A stretch of 64,000 bases of DNA, taken from NCBI GenBank assembly GCA_020137815.1, contig CM035359.1, positions 992,001 through 1,056,000 on the forward strand. Reading direction: 5' to 3'. The position numbers were made by a program, and so were the translations under genes. This document shows positions 43,147 to 64,000 of this stretch, one piece after another; position 1 is the first letter of the stretch; every line of letters begins with the position of its first letter. The notes beneath the pieces are model-generated. The model did not search any database. It was not told the origin of the DNA and saw only the letters and a list, made by a program, of their open reading frames with translations. The DNA comes from Hormiphora californensis (Eukaryota; Animalia; Ctenophora).

Positions 43147-46100
43147 CTACATCAAGCAGCACAGTTTTGATTTCGTTGTTTTCTCCTCATCATCTCCCCC
43201 ACCATCTCTTTTCCCATCTTGAGAGGTCGAGGGTTCTCCCCCTTCTCCCTCACTACTACTGACCACAAATGTAGTCACACTAATTCTATCAAAATTGTCC
43301 TTTTCTCTTTTATTTCCTGACCCCTGATTGTTAGATCTCCTACTCTCATTAGACGCATCTTTAGAATTCCTACTAGATTCTTTAACGGTATCTAATCTCC
43401 CTTTCTCCTCTTTGGGAGGTGACTGGAAGGTGACTGGGATGTGACTGGAAAACTGGCATCCAGGAGCAGTAGTATCACCATCAGTATTGAGATCTTGTGT
43501 TGCTCCACAACACTCCCAGCAAGTCACCTAGATACTTCCCCGCCAAGGGGGGAACACGCATTCAGAATGATATACACAAGAGAGAGAGAGAGAGATAATG
43601 ATTATATGGTACACAGACAACAAACAACACACATGGAAATGGGTGCTTAATATATATATCTTGTAATTTACACACCTTCATCCAACCCCAGTCGATAACA
43701 GTGACCTTCCCTGGGTGCCACCTGCATGCCCCGACATGGTTCTCCCCCTCCCGATAATCTTCCTCACACCTGTAAAACAAATCAAAAAACTGAATCGACG
43801 GAATATTGGATGGTCAAAAGAACGGTCGGAAATATAGTTGTTCCCAAACCTTTTGCATTTCAGGATTGCATTTGACATTCTTCGTGGGGTACCAGGCGGC
43901 TTCCTGACCCCGGCTTCGTCAACTCCAGCGGGCGTGAGGGGTTTAGGTTGGCTGACAGTAACCACTTCCCCAGTCGGACCAAATGGGTTACTCTGGGGGA
44001 GGGCAGGTTTAGGAATGTGTTATACTACAACCTTTATATGAAGGGAAGGACTAAGGACCAATCAGATTTCAGTGTGGTAATCATAAATTGTTTTATTACC
44101 GCGAGACTGTCCGGTATTTCTGTCCGGCCCCATCGTTTCCTAGATGTCTTGTTGCCTCCAGCTGATGCCTGGTCACGGCTTATTCCAGAGATATACCCTG
44201 AAGATGGTAACTATCAGGAACCGACCGAAACAAGTAAACAACCAATCAGAACTCGTTCATTTAGGTCACGTGACTGGTTATCAGCCAATCAGGGACCAGT
44301 ATTCCTGATTCGGTCGGTTCTTGGTAACTATTAACAAATTGTTTTCTTTTTCTGTATCTATTGACTATAACAAGCAGAGGACTTTTTATCCCCTATCATT
44401 CTCAACACTCAACCACCAACAATTCCCAGAGACATTGTGTCTTTTATTATTGAGTTTCTTTTTTTAAAACACAGCCATTATATCAACAAGCAGGAACACT
44501 GAGCTTTTCACAATCACATGCACTGTATACAAGCACTCCCCAGAATACATGATAAATAAACTGATCTGTGGACTGTGACAATTGACCGAGATGGGAACAT
44601 TTTGATTTTTGGGGACTAAGACACTTCCTCAAAGCACAACCTTATTTCAAAACTACTGCATTTAAAATTGGTTTTTTATTTATATAAGGAACCATAATAA
44701 AGTTCAAGAGCCTCCAAGAGCGCACCAGGTCCAAGAGCACACCAGGACCAGGAGAGCACCCCATCCAGAAGAGACCGCGCGCAAGGGATACCACGCGCAG
44801 AAGAGCCCGCACGTGCAAATACAACGCCGCGCTGGTCTCTTCTGCGCGTGGTGTCCCCTGCGTGTGGTATCTTCTGGATGGGGAGCTCTCTTTGATTTGG
44901 TGCGCTCTTGGAGTGGTCTCTTCTGGATGTGGTACGCTCTTGGTTGTGGTCTCTTTTGGGTGTGGTGCGCTCTCAGGTGTGGTCTCTCTTCGATAGGGTG
45001 CGCTCTCAGGTGTGGTCTCTCTTCGATGGGGTGCGCTCTTGGGTGCTCTTGGAGGCTCTTGAACTTTATTATGGTTCCTTATTGCAACAAACTTTCATGG
45101 ATCATTTTACATTTATGGTAACGGTTTATCATTTTTACATAAACCGTTTTCTCTCTCTCTCTCTCTCTCTCTCGCATACACAACGCTCACTAACCCGATT
45201 CTTGATTTGCTGCCGGTTTCTCCCCAGTTTTCACACGTCGCCCCACGGCAGGTGAAACAGCCGGTCCAGCAGCGGGAGGGGGTGCTGCCGATGCGGCAGT
45301 AGCAGGGGAAATCAGGCCAGGATTATTCGGCGGCTCCCTTGGTCCCTCTCCTCCCGATTTTGAGGTCCCTGGAATGCGGGATCAATAACTAGATAATTAA
45401 ATATATTGACGTGGAATGTGCACTATAATCAAGATCATGACTCTGCATGCACTCTGCAGGCCACAACACTTACATTTGTTGACGACTGCTTTTGAGTTTT
45501 GAGCATATAAATTAGGGTTGTCCCTTGACGCTCGGAGTTGGTTGATCAGTGTTTGTGCAACGTCTCTTTCTCTACGTAACGATGTCAACTCTCTCTTTTC
45601 CCTGAAGATCAGTTGCAGTCGTGATGTTAGATATATAGTGCAAACAATTATTGATATTATACGATACACTTGCAATTATTGATATAATTCGCCTGGCTAC
45701 CAGTTATCAAGTATTTGATAAGTGGTAGCCATACATGGAGTATATCGTATTACTTATAGAATGTACACGATTAATAATCAACTTTTGATATACATACCAA
45801 GTTGATACTACAATACCAGGAACCGACCGAATCAGGAAATACTGGTCCCTGATTGGCTGATAACCAGTCACGTGACCTAAATAACGAGTTCTGATTGGTT
45901 GTTTACTTGTTCCGGTCGGTTCCTGCTCATGAGATTAACTTACCGTTCCTGTTCCAAACGAAGCTGTGAAACATTCTTGTTTGCTAGTTCATTTTCCCTC
46001 TTCAGTCTCTCCAGCGATTGGTTGACCGCCTCCCTCTCAGATCGCATTGTGTTCAACTCCGATATCAACTGAAGGAGTTGAGGATTTAACGAAATCAAAA

Positions 46101-49100
46101 TCACAAGTCTTTCTTTTTGAGAAACTGGTTGGATATAAAACATATATATCACAGAAAGCTTGGTAGCGTGGGACTGATCCCTTTATCAGACCTCATATCC
46201 CAGCTCAGGGTGCTGGCCGCGTTTGAGAACCAAATTACCAAACTCAGTAATTAATATTACTGGTAATTAATTGGTCAATTATACCTGCTGAAGCTGTCCG
46301 ACAGCGTCGTCCCGCTCTCTCCTTGCTTCCTTCCTCTCCCTCTCCGCACTCTGGCACCGATCAGTCAACATAGCAACTTTCCTTTGCAGCTCCTGCACAT
46401 TGTACTCACCTGGGGAGACAATTCTCAGTTGAATGTTTGTGGGTTTAGGAGCGGTCCAATTAAGAACACTTTGGGGAGCTGGTGTTTTACTATGAATTGG
46501 CTTCATCAGAACTTGAATGATTGGTCGTAAAACGCCTGAATTAGCAACACACCATTGCCTCAAATGTTCTAACCTTCTTTTTGGTGACATGAGGTAAGGA
46601 TCCCAAATGCCTCCTTGATAGAGGGTCGAGTGGTTGGTTCAAAGCTGAGAAGCTGCCGAACAATAAACTGGAACTCTTGAGGATACGATGTCGGGAGTGA
46701 TGGAATTTGTCGATCGTAATACTGTATTGGGCGACCATACCTGATATATCGAGAGACACATGTAGAATTGATCTAAAGTAAGATGTGCCACTTGGACTGG
46801 AAATTGGACTAGCACAACTACACTTACCTACAGGATTTATAAAAATATCGTGATAAATTAACTTTATTACGGAAACGTAAATGGTTTGAGTCTGATCAGC
46901 ACCCCCTCACGCTTTCACCTACAAACCGATAAAATGGAGCTATCATATTGAAGTTTGAACTTTTTAAAAACCCAATAAGTTTTGGCCCCAATTAATTACC
47001 TCACGGGGTACTCAGGAAAGGGATGGCAGTTCCGAATCATTTCGTGTACCATACACCCGTACGCCCACTCTGTTTGTCTGAAGTAGCTAACCACAGCTGG
47101 ACCCATTCCGCCCCGTTGTACCCTGTAAAACGAACAACATTTACACTAGGAACCGACCGAAACAAGTAAACAACCAATCAGAACTTATTTAGGTCACTTG
47201 ACTGGTTATCAGCCAATCAGGGACCAGTATTTTCTGATTCGGTCGGTTCCTTATTTACACATACGTTACTTTGCTTTATAATTGATGACTTTGCTGTGTT
47301 TTTATTACTAACAATGTGTTTTTATTACTTTAATAATATGTTTTAATAATACTACACTTATGTGTTTTTATTAGTATAGTGGGAAATAGAAGTGAGTTTA
47401 GAATACTTTGCGTATAATACTGCTAGACTACTAGAGCAAGTTTGATATTGATAAGGTCTCGATTTACATCTAACTACAGTCGGACCCCGATTTAGGGGCC
47501 CCCGATTTAGTGGCACCCCGATTTAGGGACAGGATTTTTTTCCCCCGATATAGGAAATTAACCTTATTTGACCCCGATTTAGTGGACACCCCGATTTAGT
47601 GGACAAGAGCCTTTCCCCCGAGGGTGTCCCTAAATCGGGGTCCGACTGTATATTGGTTTGATATCACACAGTTGATAATATAACTGCAGTATTACCTGAA
47701 GAACTCGTTGAGCACCTCGGGTGAAAGATGGGCAGGATTCCCACCCGGCGGCTGGCCTCTAACCAGATCGATTCTCATGGACTCCGAATCGAACTGTAGC
47801 GCACATCCAAAGTCACAAATGATGATATCGTCAGTGTCGGAGAGTAGCACGTTGTCAGGTTTGAGATCGAGATGAAGAACCCCCTGATTGAGATGATAGA
47901 GAATCATAAAAAGTGAACGAATTTGTCACCGCGGTTATGTCCATGATTGTGTGCCCGATTTCACTGACATTGAATGTTAATTCGTGTATACCATCATATT
48001 ATAAATGTTATGTACCTGTGATTTTAAAAAGACAATCCCGTCTGCCAACTGCAGACAATACTTCATCCCAATGTTGACGGGAAGGGGCGTAGGAAGGTGG
48101 CTCCGTTTTCCACCGAAGTTGTTTTCATGGTAGTCCATAATGACGAACTGAGAGGAGTACTAAGGGATGAAGGATTGTGAAATTACTAGTAGCTTGCAGG
48201 AACCGACCGAATCAGGAAATACTGGTCCCTGATTGGCTGATAACCAGTCACGTGACCTTAATAACGAGTTGTGATTGGTTGATTATATGAGGAGTACTAA
48301 GGGATGAAGGATTGTGAAATGGGTATTATTAGCAGCTTGCTACCTCTATCCTGCTGGGGGTTCAGTATCTAGAGATTAAGATGTGTTATATGAAGAGAGA
48401 TTGTCAGTGTGCACGGTGACCTAAAGTTACATGACTCTAACTTTGGAAACTATATTCATATTTTTCAAACCTGTGACTGCATATTAGGAACAGGGTGTTT
48501 GCTTTGTCGGGCAATGGGTTCCGGAACGACATCAACAAACTGGGACCAATATCGAATGATGTGCGGATGTGTGCGGATACGTGATAAGATCTCCCACTCA
48601 TTCTCAAAGGCATCGCGAATATCCTTGGTACGGAGGGCGGAGTCATTGAAAAGTATTTTCACTGCATACAGTTTGTTGGGGAAGGGTAATCCACGTCTTG
48701 TGCACCTGAAGAAGGGGGGAGTTAGAAAACCTAAAATGTGACATGTACTCCTAATTGAACAGATATCATGTTACCTGATCAAATCTAAGTTCTAAACCTC
48801 AAATCGAACGTGGCAACACCATACATTTATCAAATCTCAACGAAATCCTTCAACTCACTTTGCAGATACTACGACGCCATTGTCCCCATTTCCTAAAATC
48901 CGGTTGAGTGCAAAATCTCCAGCTCTAGATGCACTCAGAATTCGTAGTTCAATGTCTCGCTTTTCGTGTAAATCGTTGGAATCCTTGGACCCTTTAACAG
49001 TAACCATTTTAACATCTATATGGACAAGACTGTGAAAGTTTAAATTACTAGTGTTATTAGAAGTAAATAGGGTTCGGTTCGGTAAAAAAGTTTAGGGTTA

Positions 49101-49713
49101 CGTTCGGTTACATAAATTTTTCTGGTACGTTATTCGGTGGAAAAAACTCCAGTTCGGTCGCTCAAAGAAAACTGTATGTGAGAAAGGATCGGTGATATTC
49201 ATGACATGCTGACACTGTGTGTAGTTCCGAAAATCACTTGAAACTTTTCGGCACTGTGTTAGCTAGTTTGTTTCCGTCGTGCATTGCTGCTTTTCTATCG
49301 TCTGAATCTATACGAGCGTGGTCAACCATCTTTAAACCGCAATCAACTCCCTACCTCACAATTTCCTATGGCAACTTTCCCATTAGTAAACATTTCCCTG
49401 CTACTACTTTTATAACTCCACTGTGAAATTATCGGTGCCAAAACATTGTCAGTATGATGCCTTTTGTGCAATGTTTGCAGTAGTTCAACATGATTTTCGA
49501 TTTGGTTTACTTTATGGTGTGCACTGAACGGGAACCCAGTATACACGTAACACGAAACACTTGGTTTTTTCAAAACCTTTTTCAACAAGGTTGAGCTAGC
49601 TAGGCAAGGATAACACTTTATACTGTTTGTGCCTTGTTCCGACTCAATTTTACCCGAGAATTGTATGCTGTATATACACAATACAGCTCTCTCACGGGCA
49701 TGATCTGTGCCAT
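43147..49713 (-). CDS. Multi-exon PINK1-like Ser/Thr protein kinase with coiled coil, Cys/His motif and C-terminal CaaX
   Basis: Exons give ILGNGDNGVV (~48870), YAVKILFN/FENEWEIL/HPHIIRY (48471-48705), FVIMDY..QLADGIVFL (~48016-48148), HLDLKPDNVLL..CDFGCA..GGNPAHLSPEV (~47696-47883), EWAYGCMVHEM..HPF (~47000-47122). Then coiled coil (46410-45480), CKRCEEDY..ACRWHPG (43860-43676) and last exon 43147-43527. The 5' exons and start codon are uncertain. Confidence 0.8.
44215..44323. mobile_element. ~108-bp hAT-type MITE (CAGGAACCGACCGA family)
   Basis: 8-bp TSD GTAACTAT. Other copies at 45817-45925, 47147-47252 (TSD ATTTACAC) and a partial copy at 48197-48283. Confidence 0.88.
44685..45081. mobile_element. 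Foldback element with TAAGGAACCATAATAAAGTTCAAGAGCCTCCAAGAGC TIRs and internal subrepeats
   Basis: ~37-bp perfect terminal inverted repeat. Confidence 0.8.
47477..47648. mobile_element. CAGTCGGACCCCG-family MITE, TA TSD
   Basis: TIRs with TA flanks. Confidence 0.85.
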
Positions 49714-49802
49714 TGTAGTATAGTAGTGGGTACACAAAGCATTGTATCTCTGGTTCAGGTGTGCATTCTCTGTGAAAGCATTAATGCTTTCGCAACCAAT
49801 GC

Positions 49803-49854
49803 ACAGATACAGAAGGTGGCTCTCTAAATTTAGAGAGCCACCTTCTGTATCTGT
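49803..49854. repeat. Perfect 52-bp spacerless palindrome
   Basis: ACAGATACAGAAGGTGGCTCTCTAAA|TTTAGAGAGCCACCTTCTGTATCTGT. Confidence 0.9.
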
Positions 49855-49868
49855 ACCATTTAGAGAGC

Positions 49869-50552
49869 TATATACCCTGCTAACTTAAATAATGCGCCAG
49901 TGGCGAGAAGTCCCACTAGCGCGCTCTCGATAACCAGCCAGTCCAGCGGCAGATTATTTCCCACTGGCAGGTTATTTATTTTTAACTCCTACGTAACATT
50001 CAAAGTGTGTGTAAATGATCAGTTCTTACTAAAATACAGAGGGAACACTATGTGCAACACTTACACACTACATTGGAGAGAAAGAAAGGACACATTCCGT
50101 CAATTACTCTCTCTTTATCTCCCCTTTTGTCTCACTATCTCTTTCTCTGTGTTATTTGTGACATGCCCCTTATCAGGCTATTTCTTTCACTCTCTTTCCT
50201 TAGCAACTGCTTAGTAACTGTTACCAAACAGTGTACACTCAATTGTGACGTGTTTTTAACTATTTCTCAGTTCTCTTTGTGTGTTTTGATTAGTGTTCTC
50301 TCTCTTGTTGGTGTGTAATACTTGAAATAAACAACTAAAGCAGGGTATATAACCCATAAACTCTGACCACTGGCACGTTATAGGTTTAAACCCCTCCGCC
50401 TCTCCCTCGGCTCCGCCTCGGGATCGTCGTCGTGATTTAAACCAGTTTATCCGCCAGCGGCGGATAAACTCCAGCTAACTTCTCCCAGCGGCGCGCTGGG
50501 AGAAAGTTATCTGAAATAACGCGCCAGTGGCCAGAGTTTATGCCTCATATAT
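49869..50552. mobile_element. Repeat element with nested inverted repeats and a CTCGGCTCCGCCTCG hairpin
   Basis: TATATACCCTGCT/AGCAGGGTATATA and CATAAACTCTG.CCACTGGC/GCCAGTGGCCAGAGTTTATG inverted pairs. Superfamily not determined. Confidence 0.55.
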
Positions 50553-50725
50553 ATCTGTACCATTTAGCAAGACAATAGTCCACCATTGTTGAGATGACCA
50601 ATGACCAGATAAGATCAGCCTAGTTCCACTCTTGTGTTTCTCTGTAGTCTTTTGTTTATAACCTCGCGGTATCCCCCCCCCCCCGATTGTTCACCATCAA
50701 AATTATAACTGTCTTTCAGCACCAT

Positions 50726-63670
<12,945 letters not shown>

Positions 63671-63849
63671 CATTAAGATTGTTTACATATGTAATAATGA
63701 TTTGCTGGACGAGGGCGGTGAGGGCGAAGATGTTGGCAATGCTAATTGTATTTAATTATTGAAAGTATATGAATGTTAATTCGACAGTGTTATTATCTGT
63801 TACAATTACAGTGGTCATCCGACATAATTGCCATACCTCGACGTGAAAT

Positions 63850-64000
63850 TCGACCTGAATCTCGACCTGGAATGAGGCGCGCATTCGTAGTGAGCGAGAC
63901 ACAAAGACTAACGAGAGAGAAGAGTTGAAGCGCGACACCATTTGCTTACTGCGGCACATCTCTCTGATGCGCGCCTCATTCCAGGTCGAGATTCAGGTCG
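63850..64000. mobile_element. Hairpin MITE truncated by the window edge
   Basis: CGACCTGAATCTCGACCTGGAATGAGGCGCGCAT and its reverse complement. Confidence 0.65.

Overview
Eukaryotic, intron-rich genomic DNA, very probably from a cydippid ctenophore (Pleurobrachia/Hormiphora-like). The assignment rests on a 43-nt stretch at 7063-7105 (minus strand) that matches, from my recollection, the published ctenophore spliced leader (SL). Three multi-exon host genes can be assembled by hand. (1) A 14-exon NSUN7-like methyltransferase-fold gene (+, 9382-41011, ~714 aa) lacking both catalytic cysteines. (2) A PINK1-like Ser/Thr kinase with coiled coil and Cys/His motif (-, ~43147-49713), with two paralogous alternative last exons, one ending in a CaaX box. 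(3) A very large GRL101/LGR-type GPCR (+, 50726-63670) with fucolectin-like, Ig-like, kringle and LDLa modules and no LRRs. The 16.7-kb intron 8 of the NSUN7-like gene holds, antisense, three tandem copies of a two-gene cassette of secreted, His-rich, non-canonical C-type lectins. The two genes are only 137-154 bp apart and each start codon directly follows a 3' splice acceptor, suggesting an SL-resolved operon. The first 8.5 kb holds an L2/CR1-group LINE with its endonuclease deleted, an SL-capped ORF1-only retrocopy, and a CR1 3' fragment. There are also many MITEs (TA, TTAA, TTA and 8-bp TSDs), palindromes and mini/microsatellites. All gene models and family calls come from manual reading and remembered motifs, not database searches.
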